Shown piece after piece: positions 8,498 to 17,900 of a DNA stretch of 64,000 nt; position 1 is the stretch's first letter; the number at the start of each line of letters is the position of its first letter. The DNA lies in the NCBI GenBank assembly GCA_048128005.1, contig JBEUKZ010000101.1, forward strand, positions 1 through 64,000, read 5' to 3'. This DNA comes from Veleropilina oligotropha (Eukaryota). Position numbers and translations under genes: made by a program. The notes beneath the pieces were generated by a model, which worked only from the letters and a program-made list of their open reading frames with translations, searched no databases and had not been told where the DNA came from.

Positions 8498-9803
8498 CCC
8501 ACTGTCTAGCGGCAATAAGAAGCAAGCCCCCAACTGATATGACCAGTGCCCACAGGTTTTCGGCGAGCCACGACGCAGTCTTGCCAATCAGGTTGATTAG
8601 CCAGGAGACCAGGCTTCCAAGTATTCCTGGGAGTGCGGCTGCGGCCTTCCCTGCTAGTTTGCCCAGAATCCGACCCAGGGTCTTCAGCTGCTTTTTTACC
8701 CACTCCTTGACCCCGCCCTGACCACTGGGAGGTGGTGGTGTTGGTGGTATGCTCGGCGCTCCACCTGTCAGGGCTAGTACCAAAGTCGAGATGGCGAGCC
8801 CGATAGCGGTCAGTATTGTTGCGATCGTAACCCCTTGCTCGCGGAACAGGGTCCGGATACGCTCGGCCAGCGTTGTGTCGGTGTTCAGGATCCGACTTAT
8901 CATCTCTCGGATCCGGCTGATTTGAGAGCGAAGGGCCTCCCGGCTTGATGAGGCTGCCTCTAGGCGAGCTGCTCTTTCATCATTCAGGTCGCGCAGACGT
9001 TCCGCGATCCGTCGACGGATGAACTCATCCACACCGCCCTCTTCATCTGCCTGATCGAGCTTCATCTTCTCCAGCTCTATGTGTTCGTCCAGCGCCGTTA
9101 GTTTGGCTAGATTGTTGGTTAGTTCGCCTCGGATGGTCTGCATCGCCTTGTCAAGTCCGCGAAGCTCGCGAAGATTTAATGGAGGGTCCCCCATTGTGCC
9201 TAAGATCTCTTCAACCTCGGTATCAGTGAATTTCGTCTCCATCGTGTGGATTGCTACCGAGGCATCAGTAGCAGTCTGCCCCAAGTCCCGCAGTTCTACG
9301 TTTTCGACATTAGCGGCCGCACCGCTCAACTCAGTGTCGGCTGCCTGAAGAACTGCAACCGCTTTTGAGGCCAGCTTTTTTTCCCCCCGCGTCCAGTGTA
9401 CAAAACCCAACCCTTCACGGATTGCATCACCCCCACCAGGCCGGCCAGCTATTGTTGACAACGCCAAGGGGTTGCCGGTGCGAGAATTTATGAGATTGAT
9501 GTCGGGGTAGTCCGTCATCACCAATTTTCCACCCCGCCCTAATTTTCCCCTCACATACTTGAATTTTGAATAATCTCGCCCCGTGGCTGGGGTCTGCCCC
9601 TCCTGTGCCAGGGCTTTGTAGTAGTCGTCAACCACGCCCTGAACGAGCTCTTGCTGAAGACTGCTGGTTCCTTCCTGTGGCCGTTCCGAAAGAACAGGCA
9701 TAAACCGGTCGGTGGATAGATCCACATCAGTATCGTCGATGATGGTATCATCGTTGTCGATGAGATCGTCCGGCTCGAATGCGGGGTTATCGAATTCCGC
9801 CAT
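8490..9803 (-). CDS. Coiled-coil membrane protein with N-terminal FDNPAF motif, 437 aa
   Basis: Acidic N-terminus, long coiled coil, TM segment, Pro linker, amphipathic and hydrophobic tail; conserved in copy 2. Confidence 0.82.
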   Translation of the reverse strand: MAEFDNPAFEPDDLIDNDDTIIDDTDVDLSTDRFMPVLSERPQEGTSSLQQELVQGVVDDYYKALAQEGQTPATGRDYSKFKYVRGKLGRGGKLVMTDYPDINLINSRTGNPLALSTIAGRPGGGDAIREGLGFVHWTRGEKKLASKAVAVLQAADTELSGAAANVENVELRDLGQTATDASVAIHTMETKFTDTEVEEILGTMGDPPLNLRELRGLDKAMQTIRGELTNNLAKLTALDEHIELEKMKLDQADEEGGVDEFIRRRIAERLRDLNDERAARLEAASSSREALRSQISRIREMISRILNTDTTLAERIRTLFREQGVTIATILTAIGLAISTLVLALTGGAPSIPPTPPPPSGQGGVKEWVKKQLKTLGRILGKLAGKAAAALPGILGSLVSWLINLIGKTASWLAENLWALVISVGGLLLIAARQWVT

Positions 9804-9839
9804 TTGAATACATCAGTGGGATACGCATCTAATTCAGCC

Positions 9840-11141
9840 ATGACTAGCGTATACGGACGCAAGCTTAATCCATACCGCAGGCTGCGTGAGCCCCTCGCGG
9901 TCAAGGGCATCCGCCAGTCGGTCACGATTACAAACAATCCATCAACGATTGCCCCGAACCAGCAGCTCCTGGTTCGGTTCCCTAATCTCGGGGCGAATGA
10001 CGTGATCGTTCCAGGGACTGCCCACCTTGCATTTACCATCTCACTGACCTCGGTAAATGCGAATAGGACTGTAGTGCAAAATATCGGCCGTGCCGTGATC
10101 AGAAAGACCACGATAAAGATAAGTGGAAACGAGATCATGTCGATTGACGACTCCGACGTGTACCACTGCTACTGCGATCTCTGGAAGACCACCGGGGAGC
10201 GCAAGAACGCCCAGTACCAGGGGATTGATACCAGCGATGGGCACAACACTACGAAGCATCGTGTTGGTGCGGCAGACGCCTTTAGACTGTCTGAGGATGT
10301 CGCGGTCGCGGCCGCGTACGGTAACCGATTCCGCATCCCGCTGGATTTCGAGCTGTTGGAAAGTCACATGCCATTCTATCAAAGCGCCCTTGGAGACCGT
10401 CTCGAGTATGAGCTAACGTTCAACGACTACTCCCGGACTATCCGGGAGACGGACGACTCCGGTTCCAGCTATTCCATCGACAATATATCCCTCGAATATG
10501 ACATGGTAACCCAATCCGAGCTTGCCAGACGGATTCGAAATCAATACCAGGGTCAACTCGTAATCCTGTACGACCGTGTTCTCCGGCATCGGAAGCTCAC
10601 CCTAGACAAGAGCGACTCGTTGTGGAATATGAATGTGAACGTACCGGCGAGGTCGATGAAAGGAATACTACTGTTGTTCGAGGACCCTGCGAGAGACGCC
10701 GCGCCATTCTCTCGCGATACTGAGGCCTTCTATAATCCGAAGATCACAAAGGTCGAGGTCACAATCGAGGGTGTCCCGAATCAAATCTACAGCCAGGGCA
10801 TGCGAACATACCAGATCTGGGAAGAAGCCAAGAAAATGTTCGCCTCCGGCTGCAGCAAGCGGCATCCTGAGGTCGCGATGGTCGCAAAGGACTTGGAGAT
10901 GGCAGACGTCACCCTGGGCGAGTTTCTGACTAAGAAATTTGCGCTCTGGATCGATATGCGGGTAACTGACGACGATCAGTTGCACGGGTCAGGCCGGAGG
11001 GTCGAGAACGCCAGCGAAGGCATTACTATTCAGATCACTAAAACAGCCGAAGCGGCCGGTCCACTGAACGTCTACGAGTTCGTGATCATGGACGCACAGC
11101 TGAATATCGAGAATGGCCGATTCGTCGAAGCACTGTACTAA
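9840..11141 (+). CDS. Major capsid protein (double jelly-roll, inferred)
   Basis: Size, beta-rich pattern, position directly before the packaging ATPase; protein appears identical in copy 2; first ATG at 9840. Confidence 0.78.
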   Translation: MTSVYGRKLNPYRRLREPLAVKGIRQSVTITNNPSTIAPNQQLLVRFPNLGANDVIVPGTAHLAFTISLTSVNANRTVVQNIGRAVIRKTTIKISGNEIMSIDDSDVYHCYCDLWKTTGERKNAQYQGIDTSDGHNTTKHRVGAADAFRLSEDVAVAAAYGNRFRIPLDFELLESHMPFYQSALGDRLEYELTFNDYSRTIRETDDSGSSYSIDNISLEYDMVTQSELARRIRNQYQGQLVILYDRVLRHRKLTLDKSDSLWNMNVNVPARSMKGILLLFEDPARDAAPFSRDTEAFYNPKITKVEVTIEGVPNQIYSQGMRTYQIWEEAKKMFASGCSKRHPEVAMVAKDLEMADVTLGEFLTKKFALWIDMRVTDDDQLHGSGRRVENASEGITIQITKTAEAAGPLNVYEFVIMDAQLNIENGRFVEALY

Positions 11142-11745
11142 ACGATTTCCGCACACCAAGGACCCCCACTCCGCAATCATCTGCGGCCAGACCGGTTGTG
11201 GGAAGACGGTTTTCATGCTTGAACTGCTGGAAGGGGAGTATCGAGGCGTCTTCCGGCATATCGTGATCCTCTGCCCCACGATCAAGTACAACAAAGCATA
11301 CCAGTCTTGTCCGTGGATCTGGACCGACCCTGAGGTGTATTTAGTCCCCCCGGGTGAGCGACTCCATGACTGGCTGCGGGGGTTCTACCGGCTGTTTCAG
11401 GGGGAGTCGACTCTGTACATAATCGACGACTGCGCCGCCAGCAAGGCTATGGCAAAGAAACGGGACATGCTGACTTTGTTGGCCTTCAGCGGCAGGCATG
11501 CTTCCCAGAGCGTATGGGTAGTGACGCAAAAGTACAACTCGGTCTTGAAGGAGCTCAGAGAGCAGACCCGCTGGGTCGCGCTGTTCCATTGCAAGGACCG
11601 CGACAGTTTCGAGGACTGTCTGCGCGAGAACGATGTAATCCCGTCGCAGGATGAACGGACCGCGGTTCGCCGGCTGTTGTCCGAGACACGACACGCTAAG
11701 CTTCTGTTGAAAACTGATCAGCCCGTTGCTTATAGTGTGCTTTAG
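11113..11745 (+). CDS. A32/FtsK-HerA family genome packaging ATPase
   Basis: Walker A GQTGCGKT, Walker B LYIIDD, SGRH, VVTQ. Confidence 0.92.
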   Translation: MADSSKHCTKRFPHTKDPHSAIICGQTGCGKTVFMLELLEGEYRGVFRHIVILCPTIKYNKAYQSCPWIWTDPEVYLVPPGERLHDWLRGFYRLFQGESTLYIIDDCAASKAMAKKRDMLTLLAFSGRHASQSVWVVTQKYNSVLKELREQTRWVALFHCKDRDSFEDCLRENDVIPSQDERTAVRRLLSETRHAKLLLKTDQPVAYSVL

Positions 11746-11798
11746 CAGCTACTTGGCTAGCCCTAACATCTACTTAGCAGCTACTTAGCTAGCTAGGC

Positions 11799-12557
11799 AT
11801 GTCGGACGCGGTATACATAGCTTTTGCTTTCAGCCAGGGCCTGATCTTGTTGCTACTCGTAACGTTGTGGTATTGGCATTATCGCTATATTAGACTGGCG
11901 AGGAGATGTTGGAAACGCTTAAGGATGGACAGCCTCATCGATCAACTCATGGATGACGAGGAAGAAATGACCGTGAGCAGCAGCTCACCCCGCTCGACGA
12001 CCAAACGCTGCTCGCAGCACGAGGAACCTGAAACTGGCTCCATAGGGATGGCAAAGAAACGGGAGAGGCTTGCAGCATTAGCCGTTGGAGGGGCCCACAG
12101 ATACATGGGGCGTAACCTCACAGTGGACCGAATCGACGATATGACTGACGACGAGGTTGAGAAACACCACGCACGGTATGAAGCGAAGCTAGGTGCTGAC
12201 ATGACGAAGACCCTCGGGGCCGCTGCTATACAGCTGTATGCGGGTGCAGCTGGGATGTTCCTGCCCATTCCACCAGCAAACCAGCTACGACTGATCGCCG
12301 ACCTGGAGGCCGACCCGTTCATCTCACATGCCCTGACCACTGCAAGCTGTGAGCTGTATTATAAATATGGCATGTACCTCGCACCGCTGACCGCAGCGTT
12401 GACCACGGCTAAGCACTGCCAATTTGGACATGTTTGCCCGCCTAAGATACCAGATCAAGATGACAACGCCGGAAGTGGACCAAGTGATCGAGAGACAGCC
12501 GATCGAGAGCCAGCCGATAGAGAGGGTGACTTCTTCGACGGACTCATCAGTGAGTAA
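11799..12557 (+). CDS. Hypothetical protein with N-terminal TM, 252 aa
   Basis: Ortholog at 49519-50274; hydrophobic N-terminus. Confidence 0.72.
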   Translation: MSDAVYIAFAFSQGLILLLLVTLWYWHYRYIRLARRCWKRLRMDSLIDQLMDDEEEMTVSSSSPRSTTKRCSQHEEPETGSIGMAKKRERLAALAVGGAHRYMGRNLTVDRIDDMTDDEVEKHHARYEAKLGADMTKTLGAAAIQLYAGAAGMFLPIPPANQLRLIADLEADPFISHALTTASCELYYKYGMYLAPLTAALTTAKHCQFGHVCPPKIPDQDDNAGSGPSDRETADREPADREGDFFDGLISE

Positions 12558-12951
12558 AAAGGACCCGAAAAAAGTGGCTGCAGGTCGGGCCGGCGCTGCT
12601 GCTCGAAAAGCCAAGCAGGAGAAGCTACTGGCCGCGGTTCGAAAAATGAAAGAAGACCTGAGTGCCCCAACAAGTGTTGTCGCTCCATCAGAACAGCCCG
12701 GGGAGGCGGTTCCAGCCGCAGAAAGACCGTGTGCGCCAGATACACGGAAATCGGACCCATTTAATTGGACCCAGGTAGCCGTCGCTGCCGGTACGGTTGC
12801 GTTGGTATTTGTTGTCTGGAAGACGTCCTCAGAACGCAGCAACCCTGGTCCATCCACACCACATCAACAGCCACCAGACGCGGACGCTCGGTGCTCTCGG
12901 GCCGCCCCCACTATCGAATTGAAGAAGCAGAACCCTTTTCATATGCAATAG
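12460..12951 (+). CDS. Basic protein with one TM segment
   Basis: KKDPKKVAAGRAGAAARKAK basic motif and VAVAAGTVALVFVVW; conserved in copy 2; start codon uncertain. Confidence 0.68.
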   Translation: MTTPEVDQVIERQPIESQPIERVTSSTDSSVSKKDPKKVAAGRAGAAARKAKQEKLLAAVRKMKEDLSAPTSVVAPSEQPGEAVPAAERPCAPDTRKSDPFNWTQVAVAAGTVALVFVVWKTSSERSNPGPSTPHQQPPDADARCSRAAPTIELKKQNPFHMQ

Positions 12952-12987
12952 TCGCAAACGGTAGCATTTCTATAGTACTCAACAGTT

Positions 12988-13227
12988 ATGACTACCCCAA
13001 TCACTGATGGAAAGATGCTCGGCAACGCTGTATACCACGCCGCTATAGTGTCAGGCCTCGCCATAGGCTACGCACGCCTGACAAAGATGGTATTCAAGGG
13101 AGCGAGCCCCAAACTGGACTTCACGGGGTACGATGTCGGGATGGTCGTCCTCGACGTATCGCTCGCCATGGCGACGAAAGACATGCTGATCAAGCAAGGC
13201 ATCATTCCGGCCGATATATTGAAGTAG
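12988..13227 (+). CDS. Small hydrophobic protein, 79 aa
   Basis: Conserved in copy 2; two hydrophobic helices. Confidence 0.72.
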   Translation: MTTPITDGKMLGNAVYHAAIVSGLAIGYARLTKMVFKGASPKLDFTGYDVGMVVLDVSLAMATKDMLIKQGIIPADILK

Positions 13228-13258
13228 TGGGACCTTGCTAGATAATCGCAGCATTTCA

Positions 13259-13687
13259 ATGGCTTCCATTGCGATGCTGGTTGGGGGCGCTCTCGTCAAC
13301 GCCCTCGCCTTCAGCGGCTCCAACTTCCTCTTCTCGAAGCTACGCAGCTCCGGTGTCGATGCGGAGCGTAAACGCCACGACATTGCGGTAGAACAGCTCA
13401 ACGCTGCTCAGACTAAATGGTCACAACAGAGGGCAGAGCGTCTCGACTGGCTGAACGTTGAACTTCGCCGCCAGGGTCATGCCGTTGGCACATTCCGGGA
13501 TGTTGACGCCGCGATCCGTGAGTATGCATTGATCACCGGCAAGAACCTTGACCCCGACCTGGGGGGTGGCCCTGAGCCCGCCCTGTCTGACTACTACACA
13601 CCGAGCGATGCCCAGAAGGGACGTGAGATCACCTTCATCATCCTGGGGATGGCTGCGACCGGGTTGGTCGCCTACAAGCTCGCCTAA
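13259..13687 (+). CDS. Small membrane protein with N- and C-terminal hydrophobic segments
   Basis: Conserved in copy 2; first ATG at 13259. Confidence 0.72.
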   Translation: MASIAMLVGGALVNALAFSGSNFLFSKLRSSGVDAERKRHDIAVEQLNAAQTKWSQQRAERLDWLNVELRRQGHAVGTFRDVDAAIREYALITGKNLDPDLGGGPEPALSDYYTPSDAQKGREITFIILGMAATGLVAYKLA

Positions 13688-13727
13688 TTATTTCCAGTGG
13701 ACATTTTTTTCGTTGGCATGTATAGTA

Positions 13728-13949
13728 ATGGGGCTCCCAGAAGAGCTGTACTGCGCTATGCTTGCGGTCGGCTATAGTACTACGTTACTCGACTGCTGGC
13801 GCCGCGACGAAAAGACTATGGTGCGGTTCGCGGTCCTGGTGCTCTCGGGCCCGACCAACCTACGGGCGACCACTGCGCAGCGACCGGCTCCGGAAGCTGA
13901 AGCCTGTTGGAGACTGATCAGTTTACTGGAATACATTGCTGATGGATAG
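13728..13949 (+). CDS. Hypothetical 73-aa protein
   Basis: ATG-initiated part of the 133-aa ORF; fills the gap before the integrase; open in both copies. Confidence 0.4.
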   Translation: MGLPEELYCAMLAVGYSTTLLDCWRRDEKTMVRFAVLVLSGPTNLRATTAQRPAPEAEACWRLISLLEYIADG

Positions 13950-14940
13950 TAAGCTTGCGAGGATGTACTACAGCCCTAAGGGCTACTGGAAAGGCATTGC
14001 CGCGATAAAGAAACTAGCTGACGCTGCCAAGGCGTCTGAAGTGGAGGCCCGGACATGGCTTAAGAGGCAGGCTATATGGCAGATCTATTTACCTGCGCCA
14101 CGGCGGATTCCAAGACCAAAATTCGACGTCGTAACGCCAAACGAGGTTCACCAAGCCGACCTCCTGTTTCTCCCCCATGACAAGGTCAGACACAAGACCT
14201 ATAAGTACGCTTTGACTGTGGTTGATGTGGCCAGTCGCTTTAAAGAGGCTGAGCCTCTGGTCACAAAAGAGGCCAAAGGGGTTGCTGAAGCACTAGCCCG
14301 AATCTACAGGCGGAGTCCTCTTGGCTGGCCGAAACTGCTTCAAGTCGATCCAGGGCGAGAGTTTATGGGCGCGGTTTCCCAGCTGCTGGCAAAGAATAAC
14401 GTCGAGGTTAGGCGTGGCCATGTGGATATCCATCGCGATCAGGGCATTGTGGAGCGCTTCAACCGGACGCTCGCTGAGCGGCTCTTCGGGCACCAGTATG
14501 CAACAGAGATGCGGTTTGCAGAGTCTGCGAAAGAGGGTCAAAGGTCAACTGAGTGGGTCGCCCGGTTAGCAGCTGTAGTTGCGGCCTTGAATGGGGAAGT
14601 GACCAGGCTGACCGGTAAAAAGCCCAAGGACGCCATCAAGGCACCTCGCGTTGCCCAAAAGCCAGGCGCCACTGTTCCAGGCCGACAGGGGAAGGAACAG
14701 AAACTCCCCTCTGACGTAGATGTTCGCTACCTTTACTACGATGGTGAGCTGGAGGGGGGTCATCGCCGTGCTACTGACCCGGTGTGGTCTCTAAAAGTTT
14801 ACAGGCTTGGACGCTCCGTCACTAAGCCTGACGAGCCTGTGCTCTACTACTTGCTGGATGGACCACCGCGTGGCTTCGTTCGTGAGGAACTTCTCGTGGT
14901 GCCTCGTGATACCCAGCTGCCGCCGGTTCTCAGGCGTTAA
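13942..14940 (+). CDS. Retroviral-like (rve) DDE integrase, no chromodomain evident
   Basis: HQADL (D), LQVDPGREF (D), QGIVERFNRTL (E). Confidence 0.93.
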   Translation: MDSKLARMYYSPKGYWKGIAAIKKLADAAKASEVEARTWLKRQAIWQIYLPAPRRIPRPKFDVVTPNEVHQADLLFLPHDKVRHKTYKYALTVVDVASRFKEAEPLVTKEAKGVAEALARIYRRSPLGWPKLLQVDPGREFMGAVSQLLAKNNVEVRRGHVDIHRDQGIVERFNRTLAERLFGHQYATEMRFAESAKEGQRSTEWVARLAAVVAALNGEVTRLTGKKPKDAIKAPRVAQKPGATVPGRQGKEQKLPSDVDVRYLYYDGELEGGHRRATDPVWSLKVYRLGRSVTKPDEPVLYYLLDGPPRGFVREELLVVPRDTQLPPVLRR

Positions 14941-17900
14941 CAACCGCAAATCCTCGTTTCCGGTTACATTCCAGACACGTTAAGCGCACGTTGTCGCGGG
15001 TGTGGCCCCTGCTGTTGTCCACACGGTCGACACTGAACTGCTGTGTGTCCTTCGGGGAATATGCCCAGAGCAGCTCTATGTTGCATGCTGCGCAGCGGTT
15101 GTTTTGGGCCTCTCTGAGCCGCAGGATGTCGTCGACCTTGAGGTTAAACCCCGGGAGTCCCGTTGCCTGGTCCTGGCGTTTGTACGCCACAAGCTTTTTC
15201 TGGATGGTCTTTCGGAGCTGTTGCTCGGTTTGGGGGGGCCTGTCCTCAGAACCCTCATCCGGTGGACAGGTTACCCGTTCGAGCTGACGCAGCAGCTCCA
15301 CCCGGGACACGGCTAGGTAGGCGAGATTACTCCACTGAAGGTAGTCGTCGATGATCCAGACTTTCTGTGGGTCGTGAATCGTAAGACCCTGGCTCGAATG
15401 GATGGTCAGGGCATAGCCCAGGCGCCAATCCGGGGTCAGGATAGCCCGCTCAGCGGCCTCAATGGTGACCTCGACGACGTCGTTCAGAACTAGCTCCTCT
15501 CTGTCGCTGGTGCCCGGAATGGTTACCATGATGTTCTGTTTTCTGCTGTCCCTGGGGTGGTACAGGATAGGCACCATGGAGTCTGGGAAGTGCTCCTTGT
15601 GCCTCTGGAGCAACAGCTCTTGAGCCCGTTCGCGGACCTTCTGACGGCTTGTGAGGATTAGGTCGCCTGGCTTCCAGGTGTTGACGAACCGGTCCCATCC
15701 GAGGCAGCTGGGGAGGGTCCGTCGCATCTCGTCGCACTGGACTTTGTCGGGCTGGAGACGGATACGTCTTTTCAGGGCTTGGAGGGCAGGGTCGTCTTTC
15801 GCCCTGTAGTCTACTTCGATCTCTTCATAGTAGTCCGCGGTCTTTCGCAGCCAATCGTGCGGCATCTCGCCCGTAATCGGTGGTGGCTGGCCTTGATCAC
15901 CACAGCAGATAACCTGCACTTCGTGGCGGCCCAGCCAGTCCAAGAACATCTCTAGAATAGCCCGGGGAACAGTACAGACCTCGTCCCAGATAATGACGCG
16001 CGGGATGAACTTCTGACCCATGCGGTCAGGCGTCCAGTCATTCTGGCCGCTCCATCGGAAGAAGCTGTGGTAGGTCTGGGCTTTGACGCCTCTGGTCCGC
16101 ATCTCTTTAGCGAGGCGGTGGGTTGGTGTGAACACGACGGGATTCCTTGCCCGAAAGAGCTCGATCGCTCTCGTAGTCTTGCCACAGCCCCCTCCACCGT
16201 TGAGGTAACTCAGGCGATGGTGGGTCAGTGTGTCATTGTAGCATGGCGCGGTGCTCGGCTGGCTGGAATTGGCGGCACAACAATACTCTGGCTTGGGTAG
16301 GTATGCGGCATGTTCCTGTGGCATATACAGCTGTTCGCCCTTGTCACGCCACTGGGCTGGTGCTACTGGCGGAAGGTACGGCTCCGCGATCAGACATGAG
16401 ATGCACGATTTCTCGCCACAGCCGCAGAGTCTGGGGGCAACGTACACCGTGACATCGTCGAGCTTCTCCAACGAGGCCTTCTTGAGGTAGATGCTGTCAG
16501 TGGCTACTCGGACGGCTTCTGCTGCACTGAAACGCTGAAGCATGCTCAAGAGGTTTATGTGGGCATAGGCCAACATGGACGCCCTCAGGTGGGCGTACTG
16601 AGGCTGGGAGCCATCATAGTACGTGAGGATGTGACCGAGGGGGCATCTCTGAGGAGCGCCAACCAGGGTGCCGCTTTGGCGGGTGTCTCTTACGAGGAAG
16701 TCGAGCTCACCCTGGTCGGTCACCAGTCTACGAGTCAATCGCTTTCCGTCAGCTTTGGCGCCTTGGGTGAATTTGCCGATGATACTGCAGCCCTGGTCAC
16801 GATCCGGAGGAAGCCAGACATCGGTCTGCTTTTTGAATGCGATGATGGCTTCTCGGATCTTGAGGCTTTTTAGCAGTCCAGAGTCTATGAGGAAGGCGAG
16901 CAGCGGGGTTGGTGCCCATCCATTCTCTGCAAAGTGCTTCCCGAACCATGCTACAATGACGGGGTGGATGTCTTGTGCGAACTCCCATTCGACGACCTCA
17001 GCAAACCCGGTGCCGATATCTCGGGGTAGAGGACCGTTAATTGCGACCCGGGTCATGCTGTGGGTTGGGTGTCCGAATCTTTCGAAATAGGGCTTAGCCT
17101 CGCCCTTCCCCAGAAAGCTTGCAGGGTAGCAGGATTTCATATCGATGCAGCAGACATCGCCCGTGTCGTAATTCATGGAATTCCACAGGCCGCCGTGGCC
17201 ATGCTCTACGCAGGCCTTCTGGATATCATCGAGCAGAGCCGCTGGGGTGGGTTTCCAGCCGTTGGTCTCTTTAGCCATAATGCTAGCTGCATGGTTCACG
17301 CCAAAGGCTCTCTCGGCAAGGGACTCATTCCCCAGCGCTGTACAGGCTTTTTGGAGTATCTCGTGAGTCTCTTTTGTCCTGTACGTGCGGCCGTCCTGAA
17401 GCACGAACTGGTCCACGCTGAGCTGTCGGTCTGTACCGCCAAGGAGCCAGACAGCTAATGGCTCATTCTGTGTGGCTTGTCGGATAGCTTCCCAGACATC
17501 GCCCCCATACAGGTGGACCTCGCGAGACTGCGGAAAGTGTAGGTCCTTCGACCAGGCGTGGCCGTTGTGACAGATGAGTTCTATGGACTTCCACATACTG
17601 GCCTGGTATTTCCCACTGTTGTAGATGTCGGCACCTGCAATGTCTCTCAAGGTGATCGCCCGTTTGAGGATCTTCTCGAGGGTAGCTATATCATCCACAG
17701 TGGCGCCTGTTACATGGACTCGCTCTTCCCACTCCAGTATTTTCTGCCGCCTTGTCGGGGTGAGTCCGTGTCCTCTAAGGGCACCTTCGAAGTGCTCAAC
17801 CACTCGTTGGGCAACGCAGTTGAGGTCGCCGTTCTTCATCGGAACCAGGTTGGCGGGGTTTGGTTCTCTGAGAGGATAGACGCCGTAGACGACTGCAGTG

